Positions 42,567 to 51,259 of a DNA stretch of 64,000 nucleotides are shown piece by piece; position 1 is the stretch's first letter, and the number at the start of each line of letters is the position of its first letter. Location: positions 55,878-119,877 of the forward strand of contig JBBJLY010000001.1 in NCBI GenBank assembly GCA_037720695.1, given 5' to 3'. Origin of the DNA: Kofleriaceae bacterium. Its GTDB lineage: Bacteria; Myxococcota_A; Polyangia; Haliangiales; Haliangiaceae. The translations under genes and the position numbers were made by a program. The notes under the pieces were generated by a model. It saw only the letters and a list, made by a program, of their open reading frames with translations, searched no databases and had not been told where the DNA came from.

Positions 42567-42584
42567 GGTAACCGACTCTGGCCG

Positions 42585-44785
42585 TCAGCGCGCGTCGATG
42601 GCCATCCCGAGGTGAAGTCTCAGCTCGGCGAGGATCTCCTTGATCTCGACGATCGACTTTCTGGAGCACCGCATCTTCAACAGCTCGGCTTCGCTGCGTT
42701 GCACGAGCTCGCGGATCGTGGTGATCCCAGCCTTCTCGAGCGCGTTCGCAGCGCGCACGGACAGCTCGAGATCGTCGACGTGCCGGGCGAGGTGCTCGTT
42801 CTCCGCCGGGCGCACGACAGGTGGCCGGGCCCCGAGCGCGGGTCGTGGTGCCGGCCCGTCGTAGCGATAGCCGCCGATGATCACCGCCGCGGGCGGCCAC
42901 GTGCACGGATCGACCTCGCCCGCGCGCGCCGCTTCGACGAGCCGACCGATTCGATCTGCGGACTCCGCGACGGCGCCGACCCACGACGTCGTGACATCCG
43001 GCGCGGCGCCGCGCGGAGCGAGCTGCTTCGCCTCGTACTGGCCGGCATCGCTGATCGGGAGGTGCAGCGACACGCGGTCGCCCGCGACCACGCCGAGCTG
43101 CGATGCGGTGTCGCGATCGAGCTCGACGACTGAATCATCGCGCTGCTCGAACGCGACGCCGACCATCGCCGGGCCGCGCGCGCCGACGAGCAGGACCCGC
43201 TCGTGCATCACCATGCGGACCAGCTCGCGCCGGACCGTCGGATTGCCGGCGATCAGCTGCTTCGCGTTTTTGATCGTCGTCGTGTAGCCGAGCGACTCGC
43301 AGAGACCGAACACGAGCGGGCTCGCCAGCCGCGCGAGCAGCTCGACCGGTGCCCGGCATGCCGTCCCGATCACGACCCGCGCGGCCCCCGAATAGTCGGC
43401 GCGCAACGGCCGCGGCGCGAGCGCCTCGCACAACCTGCCGAGCATCAGCTCGACCACGGCATCGACCGCGGCCTGATCCTGCGCCTCGAGCACCCGCGTG
43501 TAGGCCTGGTTCAGCGCATCCTGCGGATCGGGTCGCAGCCCGGCGGGCAGCACCGGCACGATCGCCCACGTCACGCCACCGAACCGGCGCGGTGCGATCG
43601 GCATCGCGAGCCGGATGTGCGCGAACCGCTCGCCACGAACGCGCGCCTGTACCACCTCGACGCCGCACACCTCGCACACCGTCCCGCGGTCCTTCATCCG
43701 GGTGTACTTGCCGCACTCGCAGCGGTAGTCCACGCGCGGCCCAAACAGCTGCGGCGAGAACAGGTCGTTACCGAGCTCGCCGCGCGACCACGCGGGACTG
43801 GGGTCGCGAAGGTCCGCGAGCGCGAGGCAGAGCGCGTGATCGTCCTGCACCAGATCGATCCCGGCCGCGCGTGCGAGGATCGCCAGTCGCGCGACGCGCT
43901 CGAACCCGCGCACCTCGGGCGGCCGGGCCGACGAGACCAGCGCGGTCAGGCCCGGCATCGCGTAGTCGTGCGCGGCGACGACCGGTCGCGCGCGCGGCGG
44001 TGGGTGCACGCGGACCAGCCGTCGGCGATCGGCTCGTGCTTGATCTGTGATTCGACACAGGTCCCCGCGAGTATCGAATCGCCACCCGTCTTGTAGGCCG
44101 CGTGCTCGCTGACGAGCGCGAGCCCGCCAGCTGCGACCAGCCAGGACAGCTGGTCGAGCCGCAGCGGCTCGCCATCGACCGGCTCGTGGGTAACCGGATC
44201 GTACGCGCCCACGCCGCGCGCGTGGAGCTCCTGCGACGCGGTCGGGAAGCCTCGCGTGATCAGACACGCCTGCCCTGCGCGGCTCGCGACGTGAAGCCGC
44301 GGCACAGGATCGCCATCGTCGACGATCTCGTCGACCAGCCCGAGTCGCGCGTCATCCGCGAACAGCGAGTCGCCGACCTCGAGCGGCCCCGACCAGCGCA
44401 CGGTCACGCGGATGCGCTCGCCGATCCCCGCCGGCAGCCCGGTGGTGATGGACTCGACCGCTTCGATCACACCTTCTGGTGCCGACGAGAAGTGAAGCAC
44501 GCCGTGCAGGTGGCGGACCAGCTCTCCGCCCCGCACCACCGTGCGGCCGAGCTCGGGGAGCTGGGACCTCGCCGTCTCGCCGAAGATCGCGAGCAACAGC
44601 TTCTCCTCCGGCGACAGCGCACGCTCCAGGTCCTGGTCGAGCACGTCGAGCTCGTGGATCGAGCGGTGCGTCGCGACGAGCTGATCGGCGAGCGCGCGGT
44701 TGGGCCGTAGCGTGCCCGTCGCGATCGCGTGCAGCCTTGCCTCGAGGGCGACCGCCTCGACCTGTTCGTCGACCCGGATCGGCAT
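42585..44785 (-). CDS. RNAP beta(C-terminal)-like / beta-prime(N-terminal)-like pseudo-polymerase fused to an alpha-subunit C-terminal domain; one frameshift at about 44000-44012
   Basis: '[16 protein letters not shown]' (RpoB flap tip). '[19 protein letters not shown]..' (RpoB C-terminus). '[51 protein letters not shown]' (RpoC zinc ribbon). 'ADYSG', 'TTIKNAK', and a degenerate active site '[14 protein letters not shown]'. '[47 protein letters not shown]' (alpha-CTD). See findings. Confidence 0.6.
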
Positions 44786-44831
44786 GCGTCACGGTATCGC
44801 CGATCGCCGACGGCTTGCGGTAGGGTGCCGC

Positions 44832-45152
44832 ATGAAGATCGACACCACGATCCTGCTCCCCGTCGCCGCGGTCATCGCGTCGTTGCTGCTGCTGGTCGCG
44901 GGCAGGAAGCGGCTGCTCGAGGCGATCGCCCTCGTGGCCAGTGGAGCGTGGCTGCTGCATGCACTTGGCATGTACACGTGGCCGTTCAAGCATCAGTACG
45001 CGACCCACAACATGGTGATCGGCGGCGTGCTCGTACTCGTCGGGATCGCGGTGTATCTCAAGACCACGAACAAGCGCGAGGTGACCTCGGCGACCGTGGT
45101 CGCGATCCTCGGCGGCATGCTGGTGGTGAACGCGCTCGCGACGCTTGGCTGA
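44832..45152 (+). CDS. small integral membrane protein (106 aa, three TM)
   Basis: ATG 44832 gives 'MKIDTTILLPVAAVIASLLLLVAG' (aa 45 of track ORF 44700..45152). Divergent from the RNAP-like gene, 46 nt away. Confidence 0.5.
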   Translation: MKIDTTILLPVAAVIASLLLLVAGRKRLLEAIALVASGAWLLHALGMYTWPFKHQYATHNMVIGGVLVLVGIAVYLKTTNKREVTSATVVAILGGMLVVNALATLG

Positions 45153-45193
45153 GGTGATCGCTCGATGGTCCCAGCGATGCACCTGGTCTCCGC

Positions 45194-46450
45194 ATGTCGA
45201 GGGGACCGAGAGTCAACCGTCCGGAATCCATCAACCTGCATCACGCACCGCGCGTGAGACTGCAATCGCTCGTGTGCATCGCGCTGGCCACGACTGTCGG
45301 TGCGTGTAACGCACCGTCCGACCCCGATCTCACGGCGGACATCCCCGCGGACGAGCTACCGGCGCGCTGGACCGACGGCACGGATGTCGACGACGATCTC
45401 TCGGGCGATCTGCGTCCCGAGGCGCGCGATCTGATCGACACGCGCGCGTCGGGCGCCGAGCAAGCCGCGCTCGCGCTCGCGTGGACGCCACCGGCATCGA
45501 TCCGGGTGTGGCGCCGCGCGCTCGATGGCTCGACCGCGTCGTGCTCGGGTCGGGTCGACGTGATCCCGTTCGAGACCTACGTCAAGGGCGTGCTGCCGCA
45601 CGAGTGGATCCGCAGCTGGCACGCTGCCTCGCTGCGCGCGGGGGCGATCGCGATCCGGACCTACGCCGCCAACTGGATCATGAACGGCGGCAAGTACACG
45701 TGCGCCGATCTCGACGACACCACGGCCTCGCAGGTCTACCGCGACGAGTTCTTCGCGGTCACCAATGCCGCGGTCGACGCGACCGCGAACACGTACGCGA
45801 TCAAGAACGGTGTCCCCGTGTTCGCCGAGTACTCGGCCGAGAACGGTCACCCGACCGCGACCGGGATCTCCGATCCGCCGTGTGCGGGCAAGGCCCGGTT
45901 CGGCCACGGCCGCGGGACCTGCCAGTGGGGCAGCCAGCGCTGGGCTACCCAAAGCAAGAGTCACACCTGGATCATCGAGCACTACTATCCAGGCGCGTCC
46001 GTCGTCACGGTCGGCTCCGGTGGTGGCGAGTCGATCATCGTCGACAACAACAACGCAAACAACAACCCCGCCGCCGCGAAGGTGGAGTACGTCGGGACGT
46101 GGACCGCCTCCACGGGATCGCCGGGCTATCACGCCACCGACTACCGCTGGGCGGCGACCGAGGCCAGCTCCGAGCCAGCGACGTTCTCGTTCTTCCTGAC
46201 CGCCGCACGCAGCCGCACGATCGATGCGTGGTGGGTTGCTGGGACGAACCGGTCGGCCGCCGCCACCTTCATCATCCAGGACGCGCGCGGGGTCGAGCTC
46301 GGCCGGGTCGCCGCCAACCAGCAGTCCTCCGGCGGGCGCTGGAACGCGATCGGGACGTTCTCGTTCAGCGCGGGCTGGAACCGCGTCGTGTTGTCGCGCT
46401 GGCAGGCGCCCGGTAGCGTCGTGGTCGCCGACGCCGTCCGTGTGCGCTGA
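45194..46450 (+). CDS. SpoIID/LytB-domain lipoprotein with a golvesin-C-terminal-like carbohydrate-binding domain
   Basis: 'FETYVKGVLPHEW', 'LRAGAIAIRTYA' and 'TASQVY' (SpoIID-like). The C-terminal 'GTWTASTGSPGYHATDYRWA...WWVAGTNRSAAATF...NQQSSGGRWNAIGTFSF' is golvesin-like. Lipobox 'TTVGAC'. An alternative GTG start lies at 45254. Confidence 0.7.
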   Translation: MSRGPRVNRPESINLHHAPRVRLQSLVCIALATTVGACNAPSDPDLTADIPADELPARWTDGTDVDDDLSGDLRPEARDLIDTRASGAEQAALALAWTPPASIRVWRRALDGSTASCSGRVDVIPFETYVKGVLPHEWIRSWHAASLRAGAIAIRTYAANWIMNGGKYTCADLDDTTASQVYRDEFFAVTNAAVDATANTYAIKNGVPVFAEYSAENGHPTATGISDPPCAGKARFGHGRGTCQWGSQRWATQSKSHTWIIEHYYPGASVVTVGSGGGESIIVDNNNANNNPAAAKVEYVGTWTASTGSPGYHATDYRWAATEASSEPATFSFFLTAARSRTIDAWWVAGTNRSAAATFIIQDARGVELGRVAANQQSSGGRWNAIGTFSFSAGWNRVVLSRWQAPGSVVVADAVRVR

Positions 46451-46524
46451 GCCACAGCGCAGGCCGTGGATGACGACCGCCGGGATGCGCTCCCAGCGGT
46501 CCACTGCGGTATCGTGGTGCGCCG

Positions 46525-46947
46525 ATGACGGCGAAGCACACCACCGGCGCGCTCGAAGGAGCGCGGGTCCTCGTCGTCGACGATGACGTCGACGTGCTGC
46601 GACTGATCCAGATCCTGCTCCAGAACGCGAAGGCGATCGTCGAGACCGCTCCGTCGATGACCGCCGCGCTCGAGCTGCTCGAGTCGTTCACCCCCGACGT
46701 GATCGTCAGCGACATCGAGATGCCTGGCCACGACGGGTACGAGCTCATCACCTCGGTCCGCGAGCGCTCGGCCGAGCGAGGCGGCAAGCTGCCCGCGATC
46801 GCCCTGTCCGCCCACGTCAGCGAGCAGGACCGGCTGAAGGCGATCGCCGCCGGCTTCAACGTCCACGTCAAGAAGCCGATGCGCGCCAGCCACCTGATCG
46901 AGGCGATCCGGCGGGTGCTCGAGCACGAGCCGCCGCCCACCGCCTGA
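46525..46947 (+). CDS. single-domain response regulator (CheY-like receiver)
   Basis: 'VLVVDDDVDVL', 'DVIVSDIEMPGHDG' and 'HVKKP'. 140 aa. Confidence 0.85.
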   Translation: MTAKHTTGALEGARVLVVDDDVDVLRLIQILLQNAKAIVETAPSMTAALELLESFTPDVIVSDIEMPGHDGYELITSVRERSAERGGKLPAIALSAHVSEQDRLKAIAAGFNVHVKKPMRASHLIEAIRRVLEHEPPPTA

Positions 46948-47002
46948 CGCTCGTCCAGCCCATTGGGTGGTAGGGTCCCGACCGCGTGTCCGCGAGTCGC
47001 CC

Positions 47003-48499
47003 ATGAATGACCAGCTCGATCTCCTGATCGCCGATGGCGTCATCGACGAGGTCCTGGGACGGCTCAAGAGCGGTAAGGAAGCGAACATCTCGCTGGTCCG
47101 GCGCGGCGACGACGTGATCGCCGCGAAGGTCTACAAGGATCGCGCGACCCGCAGCTTCAAGAACAACGCCGGCTACAAGGAAGGCCGCAAGGTCCGCAAC
47201 AGCCGCACCCAGCGCGCGATGGACGGCGGCGGCCAGTTCGGCCGCGACGCTGCCGAGCAGGAGTGGAAGTCCGCCGAGGCCGATGCGATGTACAAGCTGG
47301 TCGGCAGCGGCGTGCGGATCCCCGAGCCGCTGATGTTCTACGAGGGAGTCCTGCTGATGGAGCTCGTGCGCGATGCCGAGGGCCGCCCCGCGCCGCGCCT
47401 GATCGACATCGCGATCGAGCAGGCCGACGCGATCGGCCTCTACGCCGACCTGTTCGCGCAGATCGTTTCGCTGCTCTGCTGCGACCTCATCCACGGCGAT
47501 CTGTCCCCGTACAACATCCTCGCCGCCGCCGACGGGCCGACCATCATCGACTTCCCGCAAGTGGTGTCCGCGGTGCATAGCTCGCGCGCCGAGTTCTACT
47601 TCCTGCGCGACTTCGACAATGTCGTCTCGTTCGTGTCGCGGTTCGATCCCGCGCTCGCGGTGCATCGCCACGATGGGCGCGCCGTGTGGCGCGCCTACGT
47701 CAGCCGCGAGCTGACGCCGAGCTTCGTTCCGCCACCTCCCCCGCCCCCGCGGCCCACGCGCGGCCCGGATCGCCGGGGCCCTCGCGATCGTCGTTCGCCG
47801 CAACGCGGACCGCAGCCGCCGCAGCAGGGCGCGCCACAGCGTGATGGTCAGCCCCGCGGACCGCAACCGCCGCGCGACTTCCCGCCACGCGATGCCCAGC
47901 GCGGGCCGCAACCGCAACGCGGACCGCAACCGCAGCGCGACTTCCAGCCACGCGATGGCCAGCGCGGACCGCAAGGCGCGCCACAACCGCAGCGCGGGCC
48001 GCAACCGCAGCGCGACTTCCAGCCACGTGATGGCCAGCGCGGACCGCAAGGCGCGCCGCAACCGCAACGCGACTTCCAGCCACGCGATGGCCAGCCGCAC
48101 GGGCCGCAGCAGCCGCGCGGCCGCAACCACCACGCGGGCAGCGGCCGCGCGGGCCGCAACCACCACGCGGGCCGCAGCGCCGCGCGGGCCGCAACCACCA
48201 CGAGATCTCCAGCAGCGCGACAGGCAGACGGGTGGCCCGCAGCCGCAACCGCCCCGCGATCAGCCACCGCCACGCGACTTCCAGCAGCGCGGTCCGCAGC
48301 CGCAACGCGATGGCCAGTCGCGTGGTCCCGCAGTCGCCATCGCGCGGACCCCGATCACCCGCTCCGCGCGGAACCGCAGCCGCGGCCGGGTTGGACCGAG
48401 GCTCGACCCGCGAGCAGCCCACCTCCGCCGCTCGTGGCGGCGCCGGCGGCCGAAGCGACACTGGTAACCCGGGCGCTAACAGGACGACGAGATCACTAA
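47003..48499 (+). CDS. RIO-type atypical protein kinase with a Pro/Gln/Arg/Gly-rich repetitive tail (3' end uncertain)
   Basis: 'GKEANISLV', 'AAKVYK', 'LLMELV' and 'LIHGDLSPYNIL..IIDFPQ' form a RIO1-like core. From about aa 256 the tail is low complexity and appears to continue in other frames after about 48120. Confidence 0.7.
   Translation: MNDQLDLLIADGVIDEVLGRLKSGKEANISLVRRGDDVIAAKVYKDRATRSFKNNAGYKEGRKVRNSRTQRAMDGGGQFGRDAAEQEWKSAEADAMYKLVGSGVRIPEPLMFYEGVLLMELVRDAEGRPAPRLIDIAIEQADAIGLYADLFAQIVSLLCCDLIHGDLSPYNILAAADGPTIIDFPQVVSAVHSSRAEFYFLRDFDNVVSFVSRFDPALAVHRHDGRAVWRAYVSRELTPSFVPPPPPPPRPTRGPDRRGPRDRRSPQRGPQPPQQGAPQRDGQPRGPQPPRDFPPRDAQRGPQPQRGPQPQRDFQPRDGQRGPQGAPQPQRGPQPQRDFQPRDGQRGPQGAPQPQRDFQPRDGQPHGPQQPRGRNHHAGSGRAGRNHHAGRSAARAATTTRSPAARQADGWPAAATAPRSATATRLPAARSAAATRWPVAWSRSRHRADPDHPLRAEPQPRPGWTEARPASSPPPPLVAAPAAEATLVTRALTGRRDH
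47858..48121 (+). repeat. 75-nt coding tandem repeat (about 3.5 copies) encoding GPQPQRDFQPRDGQRGPQGAPQPQR
   Basis: Near-identical units at 47921-47995 and 47996-48070, with degenerate or partial copies on both sides. The repeat lies within the RIO-kinase tail. Confidence 0.8.
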
Positions 48500-48807
48500 C
48501 ACGACGATGCCGACCAGAAACGCGAGGGCGACGAACTGCCGGAACACCTCGCGCAGCACGAGACCCTCCGATCGCGATCGCGATCAGCTCGAGCTCGCGG
48601 ATCATGACGCGCCGGGTCCTGACGATGCGCGCAATCGTGAACGTCAGCGACGCGCTGGCGAGGGCGTACTGCACGGCCGAGATGCCGGGCTCGAGCTGAG
48701 CGTTGGACCTCGCCAGCAGCCCGGCCAGAACCGAGACGACGGCGAGCCACCCGCCACGATGTGGATGGGCACGTCCCAGATCCCTGACGTGACGATCGCT
48801 CGCTCAT
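48476..48807 (-). pseudogene. small (~110 aa) three-TM membrane protein readable only across three frames
   Basis: ATG 48807 overlaps the stop of the upstream gene (ATGA). Segments 'IWDVPIHIVAGG', 'WLAVVSVLAGLLARSNAQLEPGISAVQYALASASLTFTIARIVRTRRVMIRELELIAIAI' and 'SEGLVLREVFRQFVALAFLVGIVVLVISSSC*' lie in different frames. Confidence 0.35.
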
Positions 48808-49598
48808 TGCGCGGCTCCGCACTTCGAACAGATCGTCGTGCCGGGCGCGAGCGGCTGATCGCACGCCAGGCACGGAACGACGGGCGCGACGGGCGCGACG
48901 GGCGCGACGGGCGGGTCGACGACGAGCTCGCGGGCATGCACTACGAACAGCGAGCGCCGGAACACCGCCAGCGCGAGCAGCCCCAGCGCGATGCCGGCGC
49001 CGGACCCGATCACCCGCCAGCCATAGAGCGCCCACCAGGTCGGGACCGCACGCAGGACGATCGAGGCCGCCTTGACCCGGTCCTTGTGCACCATCGGTAG
49101 CGCGATCCCGAGCCCCCAGGTCCCTGGATCACCGAGCGTCGCGCCACCCACCGGGTCGGACAGCAGGTGGTCGTCGTCCTGGACCTCGAGCGAGATGATC
49201 GATCGTTCATCGATCGAGATCTCGACCTCGAGCACGCACCGCGTGGTCAACGAATCGTGCTCGGGCGCGCACGTTGCGACGTGCTTGCCATCGACGGCAA
49301 CCTCGACTTCCAGCTCGGGCGCATCCGCCGGCGCGGCATCCCAGGTCTCGGCGCGGCGCTTGAACGGCTCGGCCTCGACCACCACTTCCACCAGCCGGTA
49401 GCGGCCCGCCGAAAGTCCGGGACCGTCGGGCCGCAGGATCGGACGCTGTGCGAGCGCCTCTGCCTCGGCACGATCCGATTCGTTGTCGCGCGCGCGCTCA
49501 GCCTCTCGCTGCTCGGCCCAGGCAGTCAGGCGCTTGCCGCTGCCCTTGCAGCTGAGTGCTGTCACGAGCACGACGCCGAGCCCTACCGCCCCTCGCAT
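48804..49598 (-). CDS. lipoprotein/membrane protein with a C-terminal zinc ribbon, hypothetical
   Basis: Lipobox 'VTALSC'. TM segment 'VIGSGAGIALGLLALAVF'. 'PVAPVAPVAPV' linker. 'CLACDQPLAPGTTICSKCG'. Confidence 0.55.
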   Translation of the reverse strand: MRGAVGLGVVLVTALSCKGSGKRLTAWAEQREAERARDNESDRAEAEALAQRPILRPDGPGLSAGRYRLVEVVVEAEPFKRRAETWDAAPADAPELEVEVAVDGKHVATCAPEHDSLTTRCVLEVEISIDERSIISLEVQDDDHLLSDPVGGATLGDPGTWGLGIALPMVHKDRVKAASIVLRAVPTWWALYGWRVIGSGAGIALGLLALAVFRRSLFVVHARELVVDPPVAPVAPVAPVVPCLACDQPLAPGTTICSKCGAAQ

Positions 49599-49605
49599 GA
49601 TCCCA

Positions 49606-50598
49606 TCATGTCACGTGTCCCCGTCTGTAGAGCGCAGCGACCGCACGCGCGGTGTCGCGCAACCGGGTCCGCAACGCCGCAGGTTCGAGCACCTCGACCT
49701 CGGGACCGAGCGCCAGCAGCTGGGAGGTCGCGTGATCGATCGATTCGATCGGGATGGTCACCTCCAGCCGATCGCCGCCGGGCGCACGGGCGATCGCGCC
49801 TTCGATCGCTTCCTCGATCGCTTCCTCGATCGCGGCGCTGGTACCGCGGAGCAGTTGGCGCCCGCGGGGCGTCAGCCGGATCCGGGCGCGTCCGCGATCG
49901 AGGTCGCGCTCGAAGCGCTCGATCGACGCGACCCAGTACGCGTCGAGGTCGAAGGTTGCGGGCCGCGCGAACGAGCCCGCGACTTCGAGGCGGCGGATGT
50001 TCGAGACCTTGTAGGTCCGGGGCGTCGCTTTGCCGCGGGCGCGCGCGACCAGGTACCACTCGCCCGCCTTGATCACGAGTCCGAGCGGCTCGAGCTCGCG
50101 CTCGACGACCGCGGTCCAGCTCTCGTAGCGGATGGTGATCCGCTGATCGCCCCAGACCGCGTCGGCGAGCGAGCGCAGGTGCTGCACGGGACCCGTCCGG
50201 CGGTACCAGCCCGCGAGATCGACGTGGAACCGCGAGCTCACCCGATGCGCCTCGGCCTGCCACTCTCGAGGAAGTGCGGCCAGCAGCTTGAGCTGCGCCG
50301 AGGCCATCGTGTCGCCGAGCCCGAGCTGGACGGCGGGCCCGGGCAACCCGGAGACGAACAGCGACTGCGCCTCGTTCGGCGTGAGGCCGGTCAGCGTCGT
50401 GCGCCAGCCGTCGAGCAGCTCGAAGCCGCCCGCCGCGCCGCGCTCGACCACGACCGGGATCCCGGCGGCACTCAGCTCGTCGATGTCGCGGTAGACCGTC
50501 CGGGTCGAGACCTCGAGATGGGCGGCGAGGGCGCGCGCGCTGACCCGACCGCGGGTCTGCAGCAGCATCATGATCGAGACCAGCCGGCTGGCACGCAT
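49606..50598 (-). CDS. HTH-WYL domain transcriptional regulator (YafY-like)
   Basis: ATG 50598 gives 'MRASRLVSIMMLLQTRGRVSARALAAHLEVSTRTVYRDIDELSAAGIPV'. WYL motif 'GEWYLVA'. 330 aa. The rest of track ORF 49606..51255 is a shadow reading. Confidence 0.85.
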   Translation of the reverse strand: MRASRLVSIMMLLQTRGRVSARALAAHLEVSTRTVYRDIDELSAAGIPVVVERGAAGGFELLDGWRTTLTGLTPNEAQSLFVSGLPGPAVQLGLGDTMASAQLKLLAALPREWQAEAHRVSSRFHVDLAGWYRRTGPVQHLRSLADAVWGDQRITIRYESWTAVVERELEPLGLVIKAGEWYLVARARGKATPRTYKVSNIRRLEVAGSFARPATFDLDAYWVASIERFERDLDRGRARIRLTPRGRQLLRGTSAAIEEAIEEAIEGAIARAPGGDRLEVTIPIESIDHATSQLLALGPEVEVLEPAALRTRLRDTARAVAALYRRGHVT

Positions 50599-50664
50599 CG
50601 AAATCGGATCCTGCGCGATCATATATGACAGTCGGTGGCAAGTATGGGGGCGCAGTGTCGGCCG

Positions 50665-51258
50665 ATGACGAATCGACTCTCGAACCTGTCCCGTTCCCTG
50701 CTCGCGCTGGTCGCGGGCTGCAGCGCGTCGGCCGCACGGCCGTCGATGCTGGCTGATCCGCCCGGCTACACGCTGCAGCGAACCGGGGACGTCCACGACT
50801 TCGACTTTCTCGCGGGTGCCTGGACCGTGCAGAACCGCCGCCTGCTCGGGCGTGGGGTCGCCAGCACGGAGTGGGAGGAATTCCCCGCCACGACGTGCGC
50901 CACCGTGTATCTCGGAGGCGTCGCCAACATCGACGAGCTGGTGTTCCCGACCAAGGGCTGGGCCGGCGTGTCGTTTCACACGTTCGATCGCGCGAAGCGG
51001 CAGTGGTCGATCTACTGGGTCAACAGCCGGAGCGGCACGATGTTCCCGCCGGTGCTCGGCGGGTTCGACGGTAAGATCGGCGAGTTCTACGGCGTGGACG
51101 AGGACGGCGGGCGCCCGGTGAAGGTGCGCTTCCGCTGGACCAAGGACGGTCCGGATCACGCGCTGTGGGAGCAGGCGTTCTCGTTCGACGGCAAGACCTG
51201 GGAGGTCAACTGGAAGAACGAGCTGACGCGCGCCGCACCGGGCAGCTGCGCGCACTGA
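50665..51258 (+). CDS. lipoprotein, DUF1579-like (hypothetical)
   Basis: ATG 50665 gives 'MTNRLSNLSRSLLALVAGCSAS'. The family assignment from 'FDRAKRQWSIYWVNSRSG' is weak. Confidence 0.5.
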   Translation: MTNRLSNLSRSLLALVAGCSASAARPSMLADPPGYTLQRTGDVHDFDFLAGAWTVQNRRLLGRGVASTEWEEFPATTCATVYLGGVANIDELVFPTKGWAGVSFHTFDRAKRQWSIYWVNSRSGTMFPPVLGGFDGKIGEFYGVDEDGGRPVKVRFRWTKDGPDHALWEQAFSFDGKTWEVNWKNELTRAAPGSCAH

Positions 51259-51259
51259 C

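Noticed and set aside
44815-44829. GGCACCCTACCGCAA upstream of the RNAP-mimic gene, and similar GG..GC elements at about 14829-14842 and 35674-35688, as sigma-54 promoters.
   Set aside because: The GG-to-GC spacing is N9, not the invariant N10. This is not accepted unless an indel error is demonstrated there.
47858-48121. Regular nucleotide repeats as a possible CRISPR array or minisatellite.
   Set aside because: The units are directly tandem with no spacers, are in frame, and encode a PQRG-rich protein tail. This is a coding tandem repeat.
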